DNA of 64,000 nt from a virus, in the IMG/VR virus record IMGVR_UViG_3300031134_000007, positions 1 to 64,000 of that record; one strand, 5' to 3'. The translations under genes and the position numbers were made by a program. The notes below the pieces were generated by a model. The model was given only the letters and a program-made list of their open reading frames with translations. It was not told where the DNA came from and did not search any database. Positions within the stretch are counted from its first letter, which is position 1; every line of letters starts with the position of its first letter. This document shows positions 36,973 to 47,197 of the stretch, one piece after another.

Positions 36973-39529
36973 TGGTTACATACCCAGAAAGCGACGTGCG
37001 CTTATTCAGGTACAGATCAATAACACGATTCAGGAAGTCGTATTGCAACGAGGTCACCGACAAGGTACCAGGCTGGTTATGCGGTTCAACAAGCACATAG
37101 GTCCAGTCGATGTCTTTGGTGCAATGATCGAACGCCATCCACCATTTGTACGGCTCAAGAATCTTATCCAGCTTTTCATCCGATCCCCACCCAGCGGCAG
37201 GTAACACCAGGAAGCCCAGCTTGAGGTCGTAAATCAGCTTTTGTAACAGCGGCGAATACACCACGTACTTTTGCTGAACAAAATTGGGATCACCAAAATC
37301 AGGCTGTGGGAATACCGAGGTCAGGTAAGCACCCAAACGGTTATCCAGATCCAACGCCGCCTCACGCTGTGGGAAGGTCTCGTAGTCATCAACACCCCGC
37401 ACACTCGCCATGACATTACTGATGTGATACGGCTGACCGTTATAGCTTGGATCTAATCCAGCGGCAGACGGAACGTCTTCTGCATACACCAGATCTTCAC
37501 GCCGTGCTACACGTCCAGCGATCACACACCGCACCGTACGATCATCACGCAAGTTAAACACGTCATTATTACTGATGTGCTCACGGGTGACCCAACCGAA
37601 CTCGTTAGCCGGCTGTGGTTGCAGATCAAGTGTGCCCCAGCCTGTACACCGCACAGTGAACTGCTGCGGCTGGTCAGGAACCAGGTAGGCTTTGTTGGTG
37701 ATCACAATCCGTGGATAGTTCATGATGTAATCGATACCCGGAACCAACGAATGCCGGTTCATAATGATATCAACATTCCCCGGTGCAATCGGTGCTTCTA
37801 AGCCACCACCTACCCAGTCGTACGTGATCGAGAAGGCCAGCGTTTTATCGAGATGGTCCAGGGTGAAATCATAACCCAGGAACACGTCGTTGAACACCAC
37901 CAGACCAATGTTGCGAACTTTGTTATGCACAAACGTAAGCTTACCTTGGTTCACCTTGTACACCGTGTCCAGGTTAGTGACGTCGGTCCAGGTCGTGTTA
38001 TCAACCGTGGTCTCATCCCACTTCGCCGTATAGACACGGTAACCATAGTCTTTCAACAACGGTACGTCATCGTTACCAAAAACGTAGTGCGGTGACTTAC
38101 TGGCTTTCCCGCTGTAGACTTCAATCAACGCCGCGTTTGCATTGTGTGCAATGTAGCGGTTGCCACCCGACTGGTAGTAGTTACCCAGGTACAAGCCATC
38201 ACTGTCGTATTCGTAAACCTGTGCGTTTTCACGCAGGCTTGGTGACAGCACGGCGTAACCATTGCTGGTCTCACCCTTGGTCAGTAACAGTGGGGTGTTA
38301 GCCATCACTTGGGTCATTGCGTTGTAACCGTATGCATCACGCACCAGGTTAGAGCTCAGTAACTTGTACTGCGCACCCAGCAGACGGATATAGTCACAAC
38401 GCTCCAGTTCAGCTGCGGACCATTCCGGCAGTGTTGCACGTACGTTCACCATCACATCAAGAATCAATGCATCGGTGAGTTTGTACATTTCATTTATACG
38501 GTTACTGTTAAAGGCAAGCTTTTGATCAAAGCCGCTTTTACGCATAACACACCGGACCGTACAATCGTTGAGCTGACCCCAACCTTGCTGCAACACAAAG
38601 TTTTGCAAGTACTGCACACAGAGTGCGTAATCACGATGGGTTAACTGACGGATTGCATCTTTGCGGTTGCGGTGGAAAAACACCCCCGTGCCATCGGGAC
38701 CGATCAACCAGAAGTCGAGGTCATCAAAGTACACCACGTCCAAATCCGTTTCGTCATTAAGACGTGGCGGATGGAAGATGAACTTCTGTCGATTATCCAA
38801 GGTGGACAAAAACGTCGGCATGGTTTTGACCGGAATGTCCACCACTTTGAATACCGAGGCATCGTACGACACCGTGACATAATCACGTTGACGGTAGGAA
38901 CCCGGGACAAAGTCATCCACCAGTTTACCGTTCACCAATGCCTGTGCCAACCCTTCCTTATTAGCCTTCAGTGACAGGTACTGATTCTGCCAACGCAAGA
39001 CCTCATTGGGGTTACTCATCATTCCGCCAAAGCAAAGCAGTTTATCCAACCGCTCTTCTTCTAACAGTGTTTCCCAGTAGGCGTTGCTGTAGACACGCAA
39101 GTACACGTCCACGTTACGCGGCACCGCCATGTTCTGGAAATCCGTGATAGCAATCAGGATGTTGTGATCGTAACGTAACCGTACAAAGACACCGGTGGCG
39201 GGAAGTTGCACACCGGTATCCAGGTAGACGTTTGCCACCAACATACGCATGTAACGCAGGTCACTTAAACGCACCCACTCTTCTAATGGTAACGGGCTGA
39301 TGTAACCATCACCGACGTTCCAGGTCCAGGGGTGGTTCTGTCCGATCTGAAAGACGTGGTACAGTTCTTTGCGGGTGGGTAACGGCACATACGCAGTCAT
39401 CACCGAACTGTAGTTGATATCACCAATGTCTCGTGAAATACGAGCCAGGTGCAACACGTGCTGACGATCGGCTTGTGGGTTAGCCCACGCGTTTTCAATT
39501 GCGTGGTTTACTAAATCGACGCTCGCCAT
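36959..39529 (-). CDS. Virion structural (baseplate) protein, phiKZ gp27-like
   Basis: 856 aa; synteny. Confidence 0.7.
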   Translation of the reverse strand: MASVDLVNHAIENAWANPQADRQHVLHLARISRDIGDINYSSVMTAYVPLPTRKELYHVFQIGQNHPWTWNVGDGYISPLPLEEWVRLSDLRYMRMLVANVYLDTGVQLPATGVFVRLRYDHNILIAITDFQNMAVPRNVDVYLRVYSNAYWETLLEEERLDKLLCFGGMMSNPNEVLRWQNQYLSLKANKEGLAQALVNGKLVDDFVPGSYRQRDYVTVSYDASVFKVVDIPVKTMPTFLSTLDNRQKFIFHPPRLNDETDLDVVYFDDLDFWLIGPDGTGVFFHRNRKDAIRQLTHRDYALCVQYLQNFVLQQGWGQLNDCTVRCVMRKSGFDQKLAFNSNRINEMYKLTDALILDVMVNVRATLPEWSAAELERCDYIRLLGAQYKLLSSNLVRDAYGYNAMTQVMANTPLLLTKGETSNGYAVLSPSLRENAQVYEYDSDGLYLGNYYQSGGNRYIAHNANAALIEVYSGKASKSPHYVFGNDDVPLLKDYGYRVYTAKWDETTVDNTTWTDVTNLDTVYKVNQGKLTFVHNKVRNIGLVVFNDVFLGYDFTLDHLDKTLAFSITYDWVGGGLEAPIAPGNVDIIMNRHSLVPGIDYIMNYPRIVITNKAYLVPDQPQQFTVRCTGWGTLDLQPQPANEFGWVTREHISNNDVFNLRDDRTVRCVIAGRVARREDLVYAEDVPSAAGLDPSYNGQPYHISNVMASVRGVDDYETFPQREAALDLDNRLGAYLTSVFPQPDFGDPNFVQQKYVVYSPLLQKLIYDLKLGFLVLPAAGWGSDEKLDKILEPYKWWMAFDHCTKDIDWTYVLVEPHNQPGTLSVTSLQYDFLNRVIDLYLNKRTSLSGYVTIAAG

Positions 39530-39541
39530 GACGCCCCCTTC

Positions 39542-40495
39542 TTACAGATCAATGGTGCCTGCGAAGCTGCGCATAAACACCTCTTTGGTTTTCTTGAATT
39601 CACCCCGGTCCAGAATACGACCCAGCACTGTGTTGCGGTAGTAGCTGTTGTTCGCAGAACCGTAGAGCATAGACAAGAACACCGGCGGATATTCCAAACC
39701 GATAGCGCCAGACTCAGCAGCATGACCACCAATCCACGCACCGCCAGCTACCGACACGAACATGCGCAGGTCCAGCAGTTTTAATTCTTCCGCCCCCACT
39801 ACTTCAAGAGCATGGGTAACGAAAGACTGTACACCAGACAGGAACGGGGCATCTTCGAGTGTTTCTGCCACGACGTCTGCACGTACCCGCGATTGGTCGG
39901 TGACTTTACGCACGGCATTCATTCTTACCGCTGGATCGGCAAAGTCGCTTTCATCGTAGAACTGACACACAAAGAACCAGCCACAATAAGCCAGGAAACG
40001 TGGCATTTCATTGTAGCCCATTTTGGTTTTGTTCGCGATGGCTTCTGCGACCCAACGGATGTAGACCTGCATCGGAATAGGTGACAGGTTCAAGAAGTCA
40101 CGCTGGTTACCGGACATCCAATACCACACCGCTTTCATGCGGATGATCTGCTGTTGCAAATCAGTGATGGCATTACGACTACGCAGCGCAATGGTGCCAG
40201 TTGCCTGATCAAACATTAATGCGGTGCGCGCATCGATAACGATGTTCTGTTTACCCAGTGTGTCGGTAAACGTGATAGGGTTGGTGAACGCTGTCTCGGT
40301 ATCATTACCGGTAATCCCGGCAACCAAGAACCACATCCCCTCGACCTTCACCGGACCATAAATGCCGGTTAAGCCAGGAATGGGTTTTGTTGCGGGGATC
40401 AGACGCTTTTCAATCTTTGCTAACTTCATTGCCGATTGGATCTTATCGATCGGGTTCCAACTGGCCGCTTTAGTCTGATAGGGGGAAATAAACAT
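39542..40495 (-). CDS. Virion structural protein, phiKZ gp28-like
   Basis: 317 aa, divergent from the sheath gene; synteny. Confidence 0.65.
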   Translation of the reverse strand: MFISPYQTKAASWNPIDKIQSAMKLAKIEKRLIPATKPIPGLTGIYGPVKVEGMWFLVAGITGNDTETAFTNPITFTDTLGKQNIVIDARTALMFDQATGTIALRSRNAITDLQQQIIRMKAVWYWMSGNQRDFLNLSPIPMQVYIRWVAEAIANKTKMGYNEMPRFLAYCGWFFVCQFYDESDFADPAVRMNAVRKVTDQSRVRADVVAETLEDAPFLSGVQSFVTHALEVVGAEELKLLDLRMFVSVAGGAWIGGHAAESGAIGLEYPPVFLSMLYGSANNSYYRNTVLGRILDRGEFKKTKEVFMRSFAGTIDL

Positions 40496-40697
40496 GGTCG
40501 TGAAACCCTCTCCTGCGCGCTTTTATGTAAACAATGACACCTAATGGTATGGCACTGTTTAATCGTCGTAAATAGTGAACCATACCATTACTCCCTGCCA
40601 CGACGGTGGTTTGTGTGGGGTGGATTGGCGCCACAAAGCAGTGAAACATGTTTCTAAAAAAGGCTCTTTTGACACTATCGATAGTTAGGAGAAAGGC

Positions 40698-42779
40698 ATG
40701 TCAAATCTTTCTAACGGAGCACCACGTTTTATCCTGGAAGGTATCCGGGATGAATCCGTAGCCGCTCCGGTTCCCGTTCCGGAGGTGTACGCGCAGCATT
40801 TGCCGCATCTGTACATTCTCGCCGAGCGTGGGCCATTAACCCCGCAGTTGCTTGATCCTACGCTGTTGACCGCTTATTACGGCAGCAAGTCGTTCGATCC
40901 ACTGTCTAAGTATTACACCATGGGGTCCGCGTTCGTTTCTACTATTGGTGGAACGGGCAACGCCATTATGGTGCAGCGTGTGCATCCAGCCGATGGCCTG
41001 AAGCCAGCGTACTTCTCGCTGGGTATCGAAATCGTTGCGGACAAAGTCACTGACTATGTGCGTGATGACAGCGGTGTGGCTCAGCGTGATGCCAACGGTA
41101 ACTTCGAAGAAGACACCACCCAGCGTGATGGCTTCATCGCTCGTATCGTGATCAACCGCGACATCGATTCCGTGCTGTTTGGCGCAGGTGTTAAGAAGAA
41201 AGGTCTCCTGACTTCTTCTACTGGCGTGCAGTCCGATTTCTACCCGCTGCTTGATCTGGAAGTTCCTTATGCTGGCGCTTATGGCGACAACGTAGGCTTC
41301 TCCCTGTGGGCACCGAACACCCAGTCTACCACTCCACTGAATACCGCAGTGGCTGTGGACCAGCTGGCGCAACTGTTCGCCCTGCGTGTGTACGAGCGTC
41401 CAGACGTGCAGTCTACTGCCGTGCTGAAGCTCACCGCGGATCGTTCGTCTGAAATCAACTTCTCCTTTAAGAAGACAGTGGTTGATAGCGCGACGTCTAC
41501 GAAGTACAGCTTCCCGCTGCGTGTGAAAGATTACGACAACACCCAAGACGGCTACGTGCCAGTCCCAGGTCCGGTCGGCCGTACCAAAGTGTACTACGAC
41601 AACCTGGAAGCGGTGCTCGGTCTGCTCTACACCGCAGAGAAAGCAGCGAACCCATCTCTGCTGGAAGGCGAAGGTGCACAGCACCAGATCAACTTCCTGG
41701 GCGGCGTGGACTTCTACAACAACCCTTACTACACTTTCCGTGTACAGGGTGTTGCAGATGGCGGCGTGAACATGAACGACGTAGCGATCTACTACGCCGA
41801 AGGTGGTAGCGACGGTTCTTATAAAGATGCCGACGGTAAAACCATCAGCAAGATCACCATGTACAATCAGCTTTGTAAAGAGCAGTTTGACAACTATGGC
41901 GATCTGAAAGACATCGAAGTGCTGGACGATGCCCGCTATCCTCAGTCTGCGTACTGGGACTGCGGCTACGATCTGGAAACTAAGAAGTCGCTGATCTCTA
42001 TCATCGGTAAACGTAAAGACATCGTGGTGTACATCAGTACCTTCATTGATGGCCATGAACGTCTGACCGCACTGGAGCAACGCTCTATGGGTTCTGCGCT
42101 GCGCACTTACGCACGTCTGTTCCCAGAGTCAAGCCTGTACGGTACGTCTACCTGCCGCGCCGTGTTCTTCATGCAGTCAGGTTACCTGGCCGGTGATGAC
42201 TCAGGTGAATGGTACCCACATCTGCTGGATCACGCTTATAAACGTGCTCTGTACGCAGGTAGCGGTGACGGTGTGCTGAAGAATGCGAAAGCATACGACT
42301 CAGCGGAAAACAACCGTGTGCAGATTCTGTCTCAGATGGATCTGCTGTGGGAGCCAACCGAAGTCCGTAACACCAACTGGAACCTCGGCCTGAACTACGC
42401 CCAGAACGTTAACCGTTCACAAGCGTACGTGCCGCATGTCCAGACCGTGTACACGGAAGAGTCGTCTGTGCTGCGTGATGAAATCGCGTTGACGATCTGT
42501 GTGGATATCGAGAAGAAATGTCAGCAGGCTTACCGCATGCTGGGTGTAGACACCCGTCGCACCACAGAACAGACTCTGTCTGAGCTGAACACCATTCTGA
42601 CCGATCTTACCAACAACCTGTACGACAACCGTGTTGACATCTCTGTCAATGCGTTCCGTACGGTGAAAGATCAGAACAGCCGCGTGCGCTACTCGTGTGA
42701 AGTTTCCGCGTCCTTTAACAAAGGGATGTACATCGGTAGCTTCACCGTTGTTTCACGCAACCGTGAGGATAATGCATAA
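40698..42779 (+). CDS. Contractile tail sheath protein (phiKZ gp29-like)
   Basis: 693 aa; NGAP..GIRDES..QHLP..AERGP N-terminus and FPES..YGT..CR; strong codon bias. Confidence 0.85.
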   Translation: MSNLSNGAPRFILEGIRDESVAAPVPVPEVYAQHLPHLYILAERGPLTPQLLDPTLLTAYYGSKSFDPLSKYYTMGSAFVSTIGGTGNAIMVQRVHPADGLKPAYFSLGIEIVADKVTDYVRDDSGVAQRDANGNFEEDTTQRDGFIARIVINRDIDSVLFGAGVKKKGLLTSSTGVQSDFYPLLDLEVPYAGAYGDNVGFSLWAPNTQSTTPLNTAVAVDQLAQLFALRVYERPDVQSTAVLKLTADRSSEINFSFKKTVVDSATSTKYSFPLRVKDYDNTQDGYVPVPGPVGRTKVYYDNLEAVLGLLYTAEKAANPSLLEGEGAQHQINFLGGVDFYNNPYYTFRVQGVADGGVNMNDVAIYYAEGGSDGSYKDADGKTISKITMYNQLCKEQFDNYGDLKDIEVLDDARYPQSAYWDCGYDLETKKSLISIIGKRKDIVVYISTFIDGHERLTALEQRSMGSALRTYARLFPESSLYGTSTCRAVFFMQSGYLAGDDSGEWYPHLLDHAYKRALYAGSGDGVLKNAKAYDSAENNRVQILSQMDLLWEPTEVRNTNWNLGLNYAQNVNRSQAYVPHVQTVYTEESSVLRDEIALTICVDIEKKCQQAYRMLGVDTRRTTEQTLSELNTILTDLTNNLYDNRVDISVNAFRTVKDQNSRVRYSCEVSASFNKGMYIGSFTVVSRNREDNA

Positions 42780-43645
42780 TGCGTCTTAATGACTCTATTG
42801 CCCAGCCTAAAGCTGGCGCCGCGGCGTTTTCGAACGCCACGATGGTCAATGCGTTGACTGGCGGTTATCACGGTATTTCGGCTAACCTCGCACGTTACGT
42901 CGATAACGCCGGTTTCCGTCAGCAGCAGCTGCAGTGTGTGGTGCTCCGTACTCCGGGCGCCATCAAGAACCTGGATCACCCCGAAACGTGGCATGGTCAC
43001 ATCAAAGCGATGATGGAAAAACACACCCGTAGTATTACGGGTTTCCAGCGTGCGCTGCAGGTGGATCACTTCTCACAGCCGGCCGGTGGTTCTGGTGCTG
43101 AGCAGTTTGACCTGGCTAACGTCACCCAACAGCAGCCAACCCCGACGCACGAAATCGGTGAGAAATACGGTTTCCCGAACGGTACGCTGCTGGAGTGGTG
43201 GATTCGTCTGTTCCTGATGGACCCGGATGTTAAGCGTCCGCTCATCATGACCTACCCGAACCCGCCGAAAGACCTGCTGCCTGACATGACGTCAATGATC
43301 TGTCTGTATTACGACACTGACCCAACCGGTCAGGAGATCATCAACGCCTACCTGTGCGTTGGCATGCAGCCGTCTTCTTCTGGCACGCGTGAGTCTCGTA
43401 TGGACAAGTCCCAGGGTTCCGCTGACCTGGTTCACTCCATCGAGTGGAAATGCACCACCATCATGAACGCCGCTGTTGATAAGCTTGCTGAGACTATCAA
43501 CAAAACGCGCCAACTGATCGGTGCAAGCCCGTACAACCGCGATCTGCCGGATGTGCTCAAGGTCATTGGCCCTGACATCAACGCTGCTAAGTCTGGTGTG
43601 GTTGACGATATCAATGATATCCGTTCTCACCAGGTTGTTCGTTAA
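42779..43645 (+). CDS. Tail tube protein (phiKZ gp30-like)
   Basis: 288 aa, coupled to the sheath gene by TAATG. Confidence 0.8.
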   Translation: MRLNDSIAQPKAGAAAFSNATMVNALTGGYHGISANLARYVDNAGFRQQQLQCVVLRTPGAIKNLDHPETWHGHIKAMMEKHTRSITGFQRALQVDHFSQPAGGSGAEQFDLANVTQQQPTPTHEIGEKYGFPNGTLLEWWIRLFLMDPDVKRPLIMTYPNPPKDLLPDMTSMICLYYDTDPTGQEIINAYLCVGMQPSSSGTRESRMDKSQGSADLVHSIEWKCTTIMNAAVDKLAETINKTRQLIGASPYNRDLPDVLKVIGPDINAAKSGVVDDINDIRSHQVVR

Positions 43646-43660
43646 TCGAGCAAAAAAAAC

Positions 43661-43720
43661 AGCATAAGACCCAGAGGGTTCCTCTCCCCGTGAAGGGAGA
43701 GGAACGCCTCTTTTATGCCG
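43661..43720. terminator. Bidirectional hairpin terminator
   Basis: GCATAA...GTTCCTCTCCC-CGTGAA-GGGAGAGGAAC...TTTTATGCCG. Confidence 0.75.
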
Positions 43721-44144
43721 ATTGGTCTTTAAGGTACTGTTTGTAGTTGTAACGAAAAGCTTCTCTTACGGGTTCCGGTAAAATACTTAAATCGAGACGC
43801 CCTTCAATATGGGGGTGCGCAATCAGTTTAACAAACCGCTGCTTATCCTCTTTATCTTCAGGATTGATCTCGATACCGTGCTCCAGACAACACGCCACGT
43901 AGATCGCATACAAATCATCCACCGCGGCTTCCAGTCGGGTGCAGTCATTGAAGTTGTACAGATCATAGCCACCCAACGGTAAACGTGTAGTGGCTTCACG
44001 CCGCTTGATTCTGCGCAGACGGAGTTCCCGATAACCCAAGACAAGTACCACCACCAACAAACCTAATCCCACCATCAGGATCAGGTCATCAAAACTATTA
44101 ACCGCATCGTTTACAACCGGGTCGGTTGTAGTGATCGTTTCCAT
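43713..44144 (-). CDS. Single-pass membrane protein
   Basis: Hydrophobic LILMVGLGLLVVVLVLGY followed by a basic cluster. Confidence 0.6.
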   Translation of the reverse strand: METITTTDPVVNDAVNSFDDLILMVGLGLLVVVLVLGYRELRLRRIKRREATTRLPLGGYDLYNFNDCTRLEAAVDDLYAIYVACCLEHGIEINPEDKEDKQRFVKLIAHPHIEGRLDLSILPEPVREAFRYNYKQYLKDQSA

Positions 44145-44147
44145 GGG

Positions 44148-44549
44148 TTATTCCCGCTTAGGCAATTTGGCGAGCACTGCTGGCGACAGTAAGCCTGAGA
44201 AATAAGAAGCGTACATGCTGATAAGATCTGCAGATGACAAAGGAAACTTCGTCAGCTCCACCGCCAGATCCAACCAAATTGCGTTGTCTTTCATGTACGG
44301 GTATTCACAGATAAACACCGAATCAACCAATGGTGAAAACGTCAAGCACGCACCCACCATGTCACACACCCGCTGATTAACGAACGGGATCTCCAAGACC
44401 TGCGTATCAATTAAGATGTCGCTTGCCGTGAAGTGGAAACGCAAACACACAGGGGTGTAGTGGGTATCAAGAGTGTTGAGTGGATTCACCAACATCTCTG
44501 ACGGCGCCAACATTAAGTCCTGCATCTGCGTGTAAATAAATTTGCTCAT
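44148..44549 (-). CDS. Hypothetical protein
   Basis: 133 aa, TAATG-coupled. Confidence 0.6.
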   Translation of the reverse strand: MSKFIYTQMQDLMLAPSEMLVNPLNTLDTHYTPVCLRFHFTASDILIDTQVLEIPFVNQRVCDMVGACLTFSPLVDSVFICEYPYMKDNAIWLDLAVELTKFPLSSADLISMYASYFSGLLSPAVLAKLPKRE

Positions 44550-44938
44550 TAGGCAGCCCTTTTCAGTTCCCCATGATAGACAAAAGGGATATTGTACTTA
44601 ACACAAATGTTACGAAAAATATCCACAAGTAAAAGACGGTGACAAAAATCCCCCGCCCCACAATAACACGCCAAAGCCACACGCTCATGTTGGCGACAAA
44701 AGTTGATGAACCATTCCGGATCAGTTGACCAACGCCCTCTCATAAGGTTTAAGTAGATTTGCTGGTACCCAGAGGCGTTAATACAGCCACTTTTGTAATT
44801 CCCTAATAACTCACCCGTCGGTGCTAACCAACGGATGTTGTTATGAATTAAACCAGAGGCGTAAGTGGTATCCACTAATGGGATGTCCAGTTGTTTAGCC
44901 AATCGCCACTGACCTAACTGTATTGTCCATATTTCCAT
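44549..44938 (-). CDS. DUF488-like protein
   Basis: WLAPT.ELL, Y...Y...M and VALACYC....CHR motifs. Confidence 0.65.
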   Translation of the reverse strand: MEIWTIQLGQWRLAKQLDIPLVDTTYASGLIHNNIRWLAPTGELLGNYKSGCINASGYQQIYLNLMRGRWSTDPEWFINFCRQHERVALACYCGAGDFCHRLLLVDIFRNICVKYNIPFVYHGELKRAA

Positions 44939-45134
44939 CCCCGCCTCCTTTACCTACAAGTTAATCACGATGTGAGTTTTATCCCACAGTATTTTCACCG
45001 CGTCTCTTCCCGCCACTGTAGAGCCCAGCAATGCAATCAATCCAATGCCGATCATGAACAGCACAAACAGCACGACCAGCATTTGAATGACGGGGTCCAC
45101 ACCCGGCCTGCCGCACTGAGAACAGCTTTGACGT

Positions 45135-45788
45135 CTAAGCAGTCTCATGGGTTTCTTCCTGTATCTCAACATCAGGTTGCTGAGCTTCAATGAACACCGG
45201 TTCAACGAGTTTGACAAGCGCTGCAACGGTCTGCATGGCAAAAATGTTGATCAACGGGATCTCGTCGTCGTTGTGCACCACATCCGCATCCTGGATATGG
45301 CGATTAAATACACAGTGTGTGGTAACACTAGGAAACCGGCTGGTTTTCTGTGCAATGGTTCTCAGACGCGCATTGATCTGACCTTGCACTGTCCCTGCTG
45401 GTAACTTCAACTCTTCCAGCGCTGGAGTGTAACCGTAGGCTTGGCCCCAGGTATAGTTGTTCAGCTGAAGGGTAGTGCGCAAATGGGTGATCACCATCTC
45501 ATGGTAGCCGTTACACCCGTACACCAGATTCTGAAGACTGACGATATCATTCAGGATGTACTGTGCGACTGCGGTCGGTGCAAAGCCGTAACGCCAACCT
45601 TCAATGATTGTACTGGCACGCATCTGCTCATAAACAGCGCCATAAAGATCTTTGTGTACTTTCTCGATGAGAGAATAAAAAGCTTCTTTATAGTTCTTTG
45701 CCTGGATGGTGTTGTTTCTGATTTCGCCGTTGTGCTGCTCCGTGATCTTGGGAGCGTAAATATCAAAATCGGGATTGATCGTTAACAT
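45135..45788 (-). CDS. Hypothetical protein (paralog of 45792-46391)
   Basis: Shared WGQAYGYTP.LEE motif. Confidence 0.65.
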   Translation of the reverse strand: MLTINPDFDIYAPKITEQHNGEIRNNTIQAKNYKEAFYSLIEKVHKDLYGAVYEQMRASTIIEGWRYGFAPTAVAQYILNDIVSLQNLVYGCNGYHEMVITHLRTTLQLNNYTWGQAYGYTPALEELKLPAGTVQGQINARLRTIAQKTSRFPSVTTHCVFNRHIQDADVVHNDDEIPLINIFAMQTVAALVKLVEPVFIEAQQPDVEIQEETHETA

Positions 45789-45791
45789 GGG

Positions 45792-46391
45792 TTACTCCTG
45801 AACCAGAAAATAGTCACGACGGGAAGTGAGGGCGACAAGCACCAACGTGCGGTATTCTTTCAGCTTGTCAATTTTGTCAAACTTTGACACCGAGCCACAG
45901 TCGCTGGCGTAAGTACCGAAACGGACATAGTTTTCTGTACCCATTTCGTTAGCGATGTCAACGGAACGGTTGTTGATTTCCAGCTGCACATCGATGGCGT
46001 CACGGGTGCGCTCTTCTAACGACGGCGTGTAACCATACGCCTGACCCCAATGGAATTTGTCGTAGCCCATCAGAGAATACATGGTGCCGTTCAGTAACTG
46101 CTTGGCCAGTTCATTTCCCCGGTTGCTACCATCATTACTGCCAATGAAAGCAAAACCGGTTCCCAGGTATTCATGGGTGATCAGGTAATCAGCCACCGCC
46201 ATCGGATCATAACCACGGTGATAACCACCAATGATGTCTTTGATGCTGAGATCGATGTTTTTGATCAGGTCATCGAAATAGGCAGTCAGGTTATTTACCG
46301 CAATCCGATAAGCGTCCTCACCGTTGGGAACGGTCTGCAGTAATTCGTCGGCAAAGAGCTCTTCACGTTTAAAGAACTGAACGGTTGTCAT
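45792..46391 (-). CDS. Hypothetical protein (paralog of 45135-45788)
   Basis: Shared WGQAYGYTP.LEE motif. Confidence 0.65.
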   Translation of the reverse strand: MTTVQFFKREELFADELLQTVPNGEDAYRIAVNNLTAYFDDLIKNIDLSIKDIIGGYHRGYDPMAVADYLITHEYLGTGFAFIGSNDGSNRGNELAKQLLNGTMYSLMGYDKFHWGQAYGYTPSLEERTRDAIDVQLEINNRSVDIANEMGTENYVRFGTYASDCGSVSKFDKIDKLKEYRTLVLVALTSRRDYFLVQE

Positions 46392-46441
46392 GGAGTTATC
46401 CTTACAAAAAAAAGAAGGCCACCGCAGTGACCCTCAGGGAG

Positions 46442-47149
46442 TTATGCCGCTAAGCCTTTGACGGCAGCAGCAGCTTTATTGGCCATGATCTCAACAACCT
46501 TTTTGTAGGTCGTTCCCAATGCATGGTCGCGGTGAGTCAAACGGTTATGTCCGTCAATATTAAAGGTCCAAACCGTTGAATCGAACTTAAACCGATCTTG
46601 CTCGATACGCCAAACACGACTGCCGGTGATGTTCTTATTCGGCGTCATGATAGCTGCACGGTACTGGTTTTCAATACCGTTCACCAAACGTGCCTGATAC
46701 ATCGCTTCAGCCACACCCACGTAATCGCTAATGGCATCCGTATTGGATTCATCACACGTACCCAGCAGATTATCAAAGATTGCTGAGATCAACCGTGAGG
46801 TAGACTCGTGCGCATACGGACTGCCTTGTGTGTAGATTGTCGCGCCGTAGTTAGAGCGATGGTTGAACAACTTATCACCACCGGCAACCGGGCGATACGC
46901 ACCGCGCATGCTCCAGTCACGGATGATAACGTTCTCACCCAACTTTCGTTGGTTACGTCCAATCCACACGTCATACGTGGTATTGGTGCTGTCTTCTTCA
47001 AGACGCAATAAACGCGCCCCAATACGGTATTCAGGTAATTCAATTTCCAACATCTTCACGTACTGGATGCCGTCGTGTTCTTGGTGCTCAACTTTTACAG
47101 TAATCTGTTGCATGGTAATCATCCTTTTATTTATGGCACTTTTGGCCAT
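46442..47149 (-). CDS. Hypothetical protein
   Basis: About 226-235 aa, flanked by U-tract terminators. Confidence 0.65.
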   Translation of the reverse strand: MAKSAINKRMITMQQITVKVEHQEHDGIQYVKMLEIELPEYRIGARLLRLEEDSTNTTYDVWIGRNQRKLGENVIIRDWSMRGAYRPVAGGDKLFNHRSNYGATIYTQGSPYAHESTSRLISAIFDNLLGTCDESNTDAISDYVGVAEAMYQARLVNGIENQYRAAIMTPNKNITGSRVWRIEQDRFKFDSTVWTFNIDGHNRLTHRDHALGTTYKKVVEIMANKAAAAVKGLAA

Positions 47150-47197
47150 GGGACGGTTATAAAAAAGAAGGAGCCGAAGCCCCTTCCAGGTTAGTGA

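Noticed and set aside
40836-42080. 414-aa minus-strand ORF
   Set aside because: Antisense shadow of the codon-biased tail sheath gene; no RBS or protein-like features.
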